64,000 bases of DNA from an uncultured Prevotella sp. (GCA_944320285.1 CALUGX010000127.1:14941-78940); one strand, 5' to 3'. Shown: positions 30,519 to 38,756, counted from the first letter of the stretch. Program-made: numbers and translations. Notes: generated from the letters alone by a model not told the origin.

Positions 30519-30728
30519 TTCCAAAAGGTCTAAGCCAGATTAAAAATGCTATCGAACTATAAATTACCTTGCACACTATTTCAGACTGTTTTCCAACAAC
30601 TCATCGGTCGTTTATCCTCTTGGCCTTGAAAAACATCTCTGAAATAGCGCACAACTTGATAAGAATTAATTTGTGGCGTCCACTTAAATTAATCCTTATG
30701 ACTTACTTATAAAGTTTCTTTTTTATCT

Positions 30729-31212
30729 TTATTTATTAGACAAAAACTCTTTCAACTTCTCTTTTACCACTTCCAAATCTTTGTCATGGTTACGCACAAG
30801 TTTCTTACTTGTTCCAAAATCCGAATAAGATATTATAACAAGGTTTATGCCGTGCTGTGGCAGTATATTCCGGCGGCGTTCGTCATAGTTTCTACGCTGT
30901 TCGCCACGCGAAACGCCACTTACGGTTGGCTTGTTATCAAACAATGGTACGGCTTCAGTGTGCTGACATTCGTGGTATTCAACAACAAGTTTCAATTCTT
31001 CATAATATGCGTCAACAGGGAGTTTTCGCCCTGTATCCCCTTTCAAGAAATCGAAACGGTGTTGGCGACTTGCCCTTAGTCCGAGAACTTCATCGCAAAG
31101 ATTTATGACATATTCCTCGTCACGACCTTTCCGACTGCTGCCAGATTTCAACATATCCAACACATTTTTACTAAGGCCCAACTCCTCCAATTTTTTTATT
31201 CAAGTCTGTCAT
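30729..31212 (-). CDS. Vsr/DUF559-like PD-(D/E)XK nuclease-fold protein, with a +1 slip in an A7 run just after the likely ATG (or a TTG start at 31190)
   Basis: LPVDAYYEELKLVVEYHECQH and YDERRR resemble the Vsr-like D.y.p...lvvE.dg..H / ..D..r. pattern. Confidence 0.6.
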
Positions 31213-31216
31213 AATA

Positions 31217-31471
31217 TCACATATTTAAATGGTTATACAAGTCGTTTATCACTTGATTTTCAGCTCCGTTGATTTTCTTACCTTTGGCGGCCTCATATCC
31301 GAGCTTCAGTTTTGCTTTTTCCACAGTGTTAAGATCCTCCGCGTCACTTACGCCAAGTCCTTTCAAGAACGACATTACTTTGGTAAGTGCATTATACCTG
31401 CATTGCGCAATGCCTTTACACTGGTATGTCAACTGCACCTTTTCATACAATTCATCTAAACTCATAATCAT
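31217..31471 (-). CDS. Hypothetical protein (82-84 aa)
   Basis: ATG after an A-rich leader, helical amphipathic sequence, 4-nt gap to the next ATG. Confidence 0.7.
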   Translation of the reverse strand: MIMSLDELYEKVQLTYQCKGIAQCRYNALTKVMSFLKGLGVSDAEDLNTVEKAKLKLGYEAAKGKKINGAENQVINDLYNHLNM

Positions 31472-31489
31472 GATTTTGTTTTTCGCCTC

Positions 31490-31760
31490 CCATTAGGCTC
31501 CGATAAGGTTGGCAAGGTTAGTAAACGGAAAGTGTGGAGCCTGGTGCTTGCAATCTCATGGAGGCTCTGGTAAAACCTTTGGACGTTACAAACAACAACC
31601 CCACACTTGTATATTCCCGGCGGCAAGTTGCCGCATGGGAATACCAAGCAGTGAGCGTCGTAGCCGCATCCCCGTCCAAATTGAAATTTACCAGATTTCC
31701 ATGAGGGAACGAAAGCATGACACTTTCACCGATATGTCTCGCCCTGTGCAAGGGCGTATG
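31490..31760 (-). ncRNA. Candidate structured leader RNA (nested stems, alternative pairings)
   Basis: Five nested complementary segments plus two 5' hairpins between a clear promoter and the first ORF. Coordinates given under findings. Confidence 0.55.
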
Positions 31761-31761
31761 G

Positions 31762-31795
31762 TGCAAATATACGGATATTTTACCATAGTGACAAA
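31762..31795 (-). promoter_or_regulatory. Bacteroidota sigma-A promoter (-33/-7) for the leader and downstream genes
   Basis: TTTG (31792-31795), 20-nt spacer, TATATTTGCA (31762-31771) on the minus strand. Confidence 0.7.
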
Positions 31796-31864
31796 TTGTA
31801 GGGTTGTTTTTTATATAAAGTTTTGCGTAGGTTTTATTTTTCATTTTGCCGCGCCTCGTAAAAC

Positions 31865-31965
31865 GCTGACTGTCAACTGGTTTGCAACAGGTATCCTTTT
31901 ACGTTGCAAAAGGTATCCTTTCGCGCTGCCGTTTGTATCCTTTCGCATTGCGATAAGTATCGGTC
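31865..31965. repeat. Degenerate 22-bp-period array
   Basis: GTATCC at 31891, 31913, 31935 and GTATCG at 31957. Confidence 0.7.
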
Positions 31966-32014
31966 TGGGGTTACGCCCGGCACCGGCGTATGCGCGCAAG
32001 GCCGCGACATGGCG

Positions 32015-32929
32015 TCATGAATTGCGCTTCAAGGCCTCCTCATAAATCTTGCGGACGCGCTCGCGAAGATACTGTGGCTTGATGACTTCAAGTGAACGGC
32101 TACGCGAAAGCAGCTCCATCACGAAGTCGTTGGTGATGCGCAGACGGAGGGAGATACGCAGTTCGTCGGGCGTGTCGGCAAGTATGCGTTGCGAATGGTG
32201 TATAGGGTCTGACTTGACAAATCGGCCGTCAAGGGCGTCATAGCGCAGTTCGATGTCCTCTACGGGCATAGCCGTGTCGTTCCACAAGCCGTAACAGTCG
32301 CGGAACAGTTCGGCCACATCAATATCGGTATGCCGCTTGAACGTGCACGTGTCGTCCACACGCAAGTTGCGTATGCGGTCGATGCCAAACGTCTTCATCA
32401 CGCTGCCGTCGTATGCCAATAGGTACCAGCGGCGGTTTGACTCCTTAAGGTAATGCGGCAACACGCTGAACGGCTTTTCGGTGCAGTCGTTACGGTAGTT
32501 AACGTAAGTGAACGACACCGGGTGCAGATCACGGATGGCTTTCACCAAGGGCATTATCCACTCGCTGTAAACGGGGCGGTGATGCTCGGCGAGGACGAAC
32601 GACGAGAGGTTGTTGTCGCTGCCGAGGGCGTTGAGAAGGTCGAAATTCATCATCAGCTCGGCTATCCGTTCGTCATATTCCATGTAATCCTCGCTAATGT
32701 AATATCCCTGCCGGGAACGGTCGAACCGTATTTCAACGCCGAAAAGGCTGTCGATGTCGGCTATGTCACGCTCAAGCGTGCGTGAGCTTATCGCCGCAGC
32801 GTCATACTATGTATCCATCTGCTCGTTGACAAACTTTAGCAGTTCGTCTTTGGGCACAAACTTTCCGCCGTGCCTCACTTTATTTAATATAAGGAGCAGC
32901 CTCCTTATTCCGTCTTTCTGTTTGCTCAT
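32015..32929 (-). pseudogene. HTH-WYL-WCX transcriptional regulator with an in-frame TAG at codon 41
   Basis: Frame from ATG 32929: MSKQKDGIRRLLLIL...QMDT*YDAAAISSRTLERDIADIDSLFGVEIRFDRSRQGYY (wHTH), then RRWYLLAYD...KTFGIDRIRNL (WYL). Only one stop, at 32807-32809. Confidence 0.85.
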
Positions 32930-32953
32930 GATATGTACGTTTCGCGTTTTTCA

Positions 32954-32989
32954 TGCAAATATAAGAAGCGGTAACGACAAAACTTGTCG
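32954..32989 (-). promoter_or_regulatory. WYL gene promoter (-7) with an adjacent palindromic operator-like site
   Basis: TATATTTGCA at 32954-32963 (minus). CGACAAAACTTGTCG palindrome at 32975-32989. Confidence 0.6.
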
Positions 32990-33159
32990 CCGGGCGTATT
33001 ATTTTCAAAAAATAAGAATGAATGTCAGCAATTACTCTAAAATGCCATAAAACTACGTTTTGGTTAAATTACTTTAACGTCTATAACAACACGTTTTATT
33101 TGGTGCTTAAAGCGAATTTCGCTAACTTTGCATATTGGAAACGACAATAAAAAAACAAA

Positions 33160-33465
33160 ATGGCATTACACTTTACAGGAATAATCATTGCTGCGGCGTG
33201 CTTTTTGGTAATCGGCCTGTTCCATCCGATAGTCGTAAAAACAGAATACCATACGGGCACACGCTACTGGTGGGCATTCCTCGTAGGTGGAGTGGCCTGC
33301 ATTGCTGCGGCCCTGTTTGTGGCCGACGCCATAATATCCGCTGTGTTGGGCGTAATCGGGGCGTCGGCACTATGGTCGATAAAAGAGCTTTTTGAACAAC
33401 GCGACAGGGTGCTGAAGGGATGGTTCCCGATGAATCCGAAACGAAAAGAAGAATACGATGAATAG
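33160..33465 (+). CDS. DUF4491-family small membrane protein
   Basis: IGLFHPIVVKTEY and WSIKELFEQRDRVLKGWFPMNPKR, recognised from memory of the Bacteroidales family. Confidence 0.75.
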   Translation: MALHFTGIIIAAACFLVIGLFHPIVVKTEYHTGTRYWWAFLVGGVACIAAALFVADAIISAVLGVIGASALWSIKELFEQRDRVLKGWFPMNPKRKEEYDE

Positions 33466-33556
33466 TTGACAAGAGACAAGCAGACAAGTAGACAAGAGAC
33501 AAGGGACGAGTTGACAAGCAGACAAGTTGACAAGGGATGAGTGGGCAAGTGACAAG
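33465..33556 (+). repeat. Tandem 7-8 bp GACAAG-core repeat tract (about 12 units)
   Basis: gttGACAAGaGACAAGcaGACAAGtaGACAAGaGACAAGgGACGAGttGACAAG... Confidence 0.9.
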
Positions 33557-33605
33557 ACCAATATTCTTGTCTGCCCGTAACTGTGAACTTGTAAACCGAA
33601 ATAAC

Positions 33606-34076
33606 ATGAAACTAACACTCCTACTCGTAGGCAAAACTGACGGCAAGCTGTACGCTGAAGCTATTGACGACTACGCCAAACGCATCGGGCATTACGTACC
33701 TATTAATATAAAGGTGATACCTGACTTGAAAAACAGTAAAAGCCTAAGCGAAAAACAACAAAAAGAAAAGGAAGGCGAACTAATCCTGAAAAGTATCGAA
33801 GCCAGAAACCTCGTAGTGCTGCTTGACGAACGTGGGAAAGAGATGCGCAGCGTGGAGCTTGCGGCATGGCTTGAAAACAAGCAACTCACAGGCCGGGATG
33901 TCACCTTCATTATCGGCGGGCCATACGGTTTTTCAGAAGCAGTGTATGCACGCTCAGATTTCAAGTTGTCGCTGTCACGCATGACGTTCTCACACCAGAT
34001 GGTGAGACTTGTGTTCATCGAACAGATTTACCGTGCCTGCACAATAATCAAAAACGAACCTTACCACCATGAGTGA
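33606..34076 (+). CDS. rlmH: 23S rRNA (pseudouridine1915-N3)-methyltransferase RlmH
   Basis: LDERGK, FIIGGPYG, SLSRMTFSHQMVRL and EQIYRA...PYHHE motifs. Confidence 0.97.
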   Translation: MKLTLLLVGKTDGKLYAEAIDDYAKRIGHYVPINIKVIPDLKNSKSLSEKQQKEKEGELILKSIEARNLVVLLDERGKEMRSVELAAWLENKQLTGRDVTFIIGGPYGFSEAVYARSDFKLSLSRMTFSHQMVRLVFIEQIYRACTIIKNEPYHHE

Positions 34077-34173
34077 CAACCGGCAACAAACAATGCCAAG
34101 GCATATATTCCTTTCTGTTTGTGATAATGAACATTTCAACTAAATAAATAACTACTAACACTAAATATATACA

Positions 34174-35349
34174 ATGGAAAAAACATGGAGATGGTTTGGC
34201 AAGAACGACAAAATAACCCTTGCCATATTAAAGCAAATCGGCGTAGAGGGCATAGTAACGGCCCTGCACGACGTGCCTAACGGTGAAGTGTGGACGCGCG
34301 AGAAAATCCGCGACTTGCGCGAATACATAGAAAGTTACGGCATGAGATGGAGCGTAGTGGAAAGCCTGCCTGTGTGCGAAAGCATCAAGTATGCAGGGCC
34401 TGACCGCGACCAACTAATCGAGAATTACAAGGAGAGTCTGAAGAACCTCGGACTTGAGGGTGTTCACACCATCTGCTACAACTTCATGCCCGTACTCGAC
34501 TGGGCACGCACAGACCTGGCACACCCCAACCCCGACGGCACAAGCAACCTTTATTTCAGCCACGCGCAGTTCGCTTACTTCGACTGCTGCATACTGAAAC
34601 GCGAGGGAGCGGAAAATGACTACAGCGCAGAGGTGATGGCCGAGGTTGAAAAGCTGAAACAAACAATGACACCGGAGGACAACCACAAACTCGTGGAAAA
34701 TATCATCGTGAAGACACAGGGCTTCGTAAACGGCAACATCACCGAGAACGACGAGCACCCCGTGGAACTTTTCCGCCAACTGCTCGACCTCTACAAAGGT
34801 ATCACAAAGGAGCAACTCCGCGAAAATATGCGTTATTTCCTTGCCGCAATTATGCCCACGTGCAACGAATACGGGATGTATATGTGTGTACATCCAGACG
34901 ACCCACCCTTCCCTATCCTCGGCCTACCTCGCATCGTGACTTGCGACGAGGATATTGAATGGTTCCTGAAAGCAGTAGACGACCCACACAATGGTCTTAC
35001 CTTCTGTGCCGGCTCGCTGTCTGCCGGTGCGCATAATGACGTGCCCGCGCTTGCACGCAAATATGCCGACCGCACGTGGTTCGTACATATGCGCTCATGC
35101 AAAGTGTTCCCCAACGGTGACTTTACCGAAGCATCTCATCTCGGCGGACGAGCCGACCTCATCGAACTGGCACGCACCTTCGAGAAGGTGAATCCGAAGC
35201 TGCCCATGCGCGTTGACCACGGACCAAATATGCTTGGCGACGAAGACCGCGGCTACAATGCCGGATACACATTCCTCGGGCGTATGTTTGCAATGGGGCA
35301 GGTTCAGGGCATTCTCGCAACGGTAGACCGTGAGCTGGGCATTAAATAA
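34174..35349 (+). CDS. uxuA: Mannonate dehydratase
   Basis: TWRWFG, VVESLPV, CYNFMPVLDWART, HPDDPP and RVDHG motifs. Confidence 0.96.
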   Translation: MEKTWRWFGKNDKITLAILKQIGVEGIVTALHDVPNGEVWTREKIRDLREYIESYGMRWSVVESLPVCESIKYAGPDRDQLIENYKESLKNLGLEGVHTICYNFMPVLDWARTDLAHPNPDGTSNLYFSHAQFAYFDCCILKREGAENDYSAEVMAEVEKLKQTMTPEDNHKLVENIIVKTQGFVNGNITENDEHPVELFRQLLDLYKGITKEQLRENMRYFLAAIMPTCNEYGMYMCVHPDDPPFPILGLPRIVTCDEDIEWFLKAVDDPHNGLTFCAGSLSAGAHNDVPALARKYADRTWFVHMRSCKVFPNGDFTEASHLGGRADLIELARTFEKVNPKLPMRVDHGPNMLGDEDRGYNAGYTFLGRMFAMGQVQGILATVDRELGIK

Positions 35350-35452
35350 ATTAAAAATTAAGAGTTAATAATTAAGAAAAATACCATTGTCTTATAGGGC
35401 GCATCAGACTAATAAGTCACATTTGCCTTATTATAAAATTTAAACTGGAACA

Positions 35453-36265
35453 ATGAACAGCTTATTCAACATCAAAGATTACGTAGTCGTAATCACTGGC
35501 GGTACGGGAGTACTTGGCCGAACAATAGCAAAATACCTCGCCTTAAACGGTGCACAGGTAATCATCCTTGGAAGAAAAGAAAATGTTGGTAAGGAAATCG
35601 TAGACGACATCGTCAAAGAAGGAGGCAAGGCCGAGTTCATGAAAACGGATGTGATGAACCAAGTTGCCGTGCAAAAAAACTGTGACGACATAATCGCCAA
35701 ATACGGGCGCGTGGACACATTGCTCAATGCTGCAGGAGGCAATATGCCCGGTGCGGTAATATCCCCGGAAGGAAACATATTCGACTTAAAGGTTGAAGAG
35801 TTTCAAAAAGTACTCGACCTCAACCTCACAGGTACTGTAATACCTACGCAGATATTCCTCAAACCGATGGTTAAACAAGGCAAAGGCTCAATAATCAACT
35901 TCTCGTCTATGGCCGCTTTCCGCCCCATCACGCGCGTCTGCGGGTACGCAGCAGCAAAGGCTGGTATCAGCAACTTCACGGCTTTCATGGCCACAGAGTG
36001 CGCAAAGAAGTTCGGAGAGGGTATTCGTGTAAATGCTATCGCTCCCGGCTTCTTCATCACAGAACAGAACCGAACACTTCTGACAAACCCCGACGGGTCT
36101 TACACGCAGCGTGGCAATGACGTTATACACCAAACTCCTTACGGACGCATGGGAGCCCCGGAGGAACTTTGCGGCACTATCCATTACCTTATGAGCGACG
36201 CTGCTAAGTTCGTAACAGGAACTGTCGCCGTCGTTGACGGAGGTTTCAACGTCTACGCCATGTAA
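35453..36265 (+). CDS. SDR oxidoreductase, probable D-mannonate oxidoreductase (UxuB-like)
   Basis: TGGTGVLG, NAAGGN, YAAAKAG and NAIAPGFF motifs; follows uxuA. Confidence 0.85.
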   Translation: MNSLFNIKDYVVVITGGTGVLGRTIAKYLALNGAQVIILGRKENVGKEIVDDIVKEGGKAEFMKTDVMNQVAVQKNCDDIIAKYGRVDTLLNAAGGNMPGAVISPEGNIFDLKVEEFQKVLDLNLTGTVIPTQIFLKPMVKQGKGSIINFSSMAAFRPITRVCGYAAAKAGISNFTAFMATECAKKFGEGIRVNAIAPGFFITEQNRTLLTNPDGSYTQRGNDVIHQTPYGRMGAPEELCGTIHYLMSDAAKFVTGTVAVVDGGFNVYAM

Positions 36266-36374
36266 ATGTACGCAAACCTTTACGTATTTTTCACACAGCA
36301 GAGGAGTACACTGTATTGAATAAAACTGTAATTTTGCAACCAGAAATAAGAAAAACAATTTTAGTAAACAAATC

Positions 36375-37823
36375 ATGAAAAAATTACAAGCTCTAAACAA
36401 AAGGACTGCGCCTAAAAGCGTAATGCCGGAGAAAATCATTCAGTTTGGTGAAGGCAACTTCCTTCGTGCGTTTGTTGATTGGATCATCTACAACATGAAC
36501 CAGAAGACAGATTTCAATGGCTCTGTTGTCGTTGTACAACCTATAGAAAAAGGTATGGTTGACTGGCTCAACGGTCAAGACTGCCTGTATCACGTCAACC
36601 TGCAAGGTCTTGACGAGGGACAGCCCGTAAACAGCTTGACACGTATCGACGTTATCAGCCGCGCCCTGAACCCTTATACACAAAATCAGGCATTCATGGC
36701 TCTCGCCGACCAGCCTGAAATACGTTTCGTTATCTCAAATACAACCGAGGCCGGCATAGCCTTCGACCCAAACTGCAAGCTCGACGACGCACCTGCAAGC
36801 TCATATCCAGGCAAGCTCGTTCAGTTGCTTTATCGTCGTTATCAGACATTTAACGGCGATCCTACCAAGGGACTCATCATCTTCCCATGCGAGCTTATAT
36901 TCTTGAATGGACACGTTCTGAAGGACTGCATCTACAAATACATCGACCTGTGGAATCTCGGTGAAGACTTCAAAAAATGGTTTACCGACTGCTGCGGCGT
37001 TTACGCTACATTGGTTGACCGCATCGTTCCGGGCTTCCCACGCAAAGAAATTAAAGATATCCAGCAGAAGATTTGTTACGAAGACAACCTCGTAGTACAG
37101 GCTGAAATCTTCCATCTCTGGGTTATCGAAGCTCCTAAAGAGATAGCAGAAGAGTTCCCGGCAGACAAGGCAGGACTGCACGTTTTGTTTGTTCCGTCAG
37201 AAGAGCCCTACCATGAGCGTAAAGTTACACTACTCAACGGCCCGCATACTGTGCTGAGTCCGGTTGCATTCTTGAGCGGCATCAACATCGTTCGTGACGC
37301 TTGCAAAGACCCTGTTGTCGGCAAATATATCCACAAAGTACAGTTCGAGGAACTTATGGAAACCCTCAACCTGCCGAAAGACGAATTACAGAAGTTCGCA
37401 AGTGACGTTCTTGAAAGATTCATGAACCCGTATGTTGACCACCAGGTGACAAGCATTATGCTCAATTCATTCCCCAAATACCAGACCCGCGACCTTCCCG
37501 GCGTAAAGACATACTTGGAGCGCAAAGGCGAACTGCCACAGGGACTTGTGTTTGGTTTGGCTGCAATCATCACTTATTACAAGGGTGGAAAGCGCGCCGA
37601 TGGAACAGAAATTGTACCAAACGACTCACAGGAGATCATGGACTTGCTGAAGAATTTGTGGGCTACCGGCGACACTCAGAAAGTCACTGATGGCGTACTT
37701 TCTGCTACACAAATCTGGGGCGAAGACCTTAACAACATTAAGGGCCTTAACGCTCTCGTAAAGAAAGATCTCGACCTCATCCAGGAAAAAGGTATGCTTG
37801 AGGCTGTTAAGACAATTCTCTAA
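36375..37823 (+). CDS. uxaB: Tagaturonate reductase (altronate oxidoreductase)
   Basis: QFGEGNFLRAF, SNTTEAGI, PCELI, TLVDRIVPG and LLNGPHT motifs. Confidence 0.95.
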   Translation: MKKLQALNKRTAPKSVMPEKIIQFGEGNFLRAFVDWIIYNMNQKTDFNGSVVVVQPIEKGMVDWLNGQDCLYHVNLQGLDEGQPVNSLTRIDVISRALNPYTQNQAFMALADQPEIRFVISNTTEAGIAFDPNCKLDDAPASSYPGKLVQLLYRRYQTFNGDPTKGLIIFPCELIFLNGHVLKDCIYKYIDLWNLGEDFKKWFTDCCGVYATLVDRIVPGFPRKEIKDIQQKICYEDNLVVQAEIFHLWVIEAPKEIAEEFPADKAGLHVLFVPSEEPYHERKVTLLNGPHTVLSPVAFLSGINIVRDACKDPVVGKYIHKVQFEELMETLNLPKDELQKFASDVLERFMNPYVDHQVTSIMLNSFPKYQTRDLPGVKTYLERKGELPQGLVFGLAAIITYYKGGKRADGTEIVPNDSQEIMDLLKNLWATGDTQKVTDGVLSATQIWGEDLNNIKGLNALVKKDLDLIQEKGMLEAVKTIL

Positions 37824-37929
37824 TATCCTTTTATAGGACAATAGCAAAAAGACAAGCAGGCAAAGGTCTTAAACTTTGTCTGCTTGTTTATTATATACAC
37901 CAATCAAATCATATTCATGTCACTATCAA

Positions 37930-38667
37930 ATGGAGAACATCAGCACTATTTTGCGACAATATGCCGAACGTTACGAAACGGAAGACTTCCTACCTTCAGA
38001 TCCAAGTTGGTTTATGCACCAAGTTGACGGTAAAGAGAATAAAGAGACAACGGCGTTCATATCTTCATGCCTAAGTTATGGAAGCAGAAAACAATTCATG
38101 CCAAAAATCCAGTCGATACTGGACTATGCGCACAAAGATGTGTACAGATGGGTGGTTAACGGAGCGTTCGCAAGCGACATTCCCGATGACAACGACACTT
38201 GCTTCTACCGCCTTTACACCTGCCACACAATGCACTCTTTGCTCACCGCACTGCATCAGATGCTAACAGAATACGGCAGCATAGGGAACTATGTGAAGGC
38301 AAACTCAAGTGACGGCTTCACGGCTGTAAAAGCCATAACAGACTACTTTGCAAGCAAAAACATAGAAACTATCATCCCCAAAAACACCACATCCGCCTGT
38401 AAACGAATTTGTATGTTCTTACGCTGGATGGTAAGAGATAATTCACCTGTAGACCTTGGATTATGGAGCGATTACATTGATAAACGCACATTAATAATTC
38501 CGATGGATACTCACGTACTGCAAGAGGCCAACCACTTAGGACTGATTAACAGCAAAACAACATCAATGGCGGCTGCACGTAAACTAACTGCAAGACTTGC
38601 CGAAATCTTCCCCAACGACCCACTGAAAGGCGACTTCGCTCTGTTTGGATACGGAGTCAATAAATGA
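37930..38667 (+). CDS. TIGR02757-family protein
   Basis: SDP, LSYG, SACKRICMFLRWMVR, VDLGLW, IPMDTHV and DPLKGDFALFG motifs. Confidence 0.85.
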   Translation: MENISTILRQYAERYETEDFLPSDPSWFMHQVDGKENKETTAFISSCLSYGSRKQFMPKIQSILDYAHKDVYRWVVNGAFASDIPDDNDTCFYRLYTCHTMHSLLTALHQMLTEYGSIGNYVKANSSDGFTAVKAITDYFASKNIETIIPKNTTSACKRICMFLRWMVRDNSPVDLGLWSDYIDKRTLIIPMDTHVLQEANHLGLINSKTTSMAAARKLTARLAEIFPNDPLKGDFALFGYGVNK

Positions 38668-38690
38668 TGACAACAAAAGAGGGTGTATCA

Positions 38691-38741
38691 AAGCGATCTG
38701 CACACAAAAGTTTTTTGGTTACTTTTGTATGCAGATCGCTT
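38691..38741. terminator. Long hairpin between convergent genes (probable bidirectional terminator)
   Basis: AAGCGATCTGCACACAAAAGT / ACTTTTGTATGCAGATCGCTT, 20 of 21 complementary. Confidence 0.7.
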
Positions 38742-38756
38742 CTTGTTTATTAAACA

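Noticed and set aside
31490-31771. Leader RNA as a retron msr-msd or group II intron fragment
   Set aside because: No reverse transcriptase in the window and no recognisable domain V or msr features.
31509-32045. Track ORFs 31509-32045 (+) and 31518-31844 (-)
   Set aside because: They overlie the promoter, structured leader and repeat array and have non-protein-like composition. A leader peptide cannot be fully excluded without ribosome profiling.
32807-32809. Amber recoding (TAG read as an amino acid) to explain the WYL stop
   Set aside because: TAG ends ordinary genes here (33463-33465, 57179-57181) and only one in-frame case was seen. A nonsense mutation is simpler.
31865-33556. Repeat tracts near a WYL gene as a possible CRISPR array
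   Set aside because: Periods are 22 bp and 7-8 bp, units are degenerate with no repeat-spacer alternation, and there are no cas genes in the window.
24247-37823. uxaC separated from uxuA-SDR-uxaB as evidence that the accessory module split a hexuronate operon
   Set aside because: ansA, rbr, DUF4491 and rlmH also lie between them and the orientations differ. No evidence of a former single operon.
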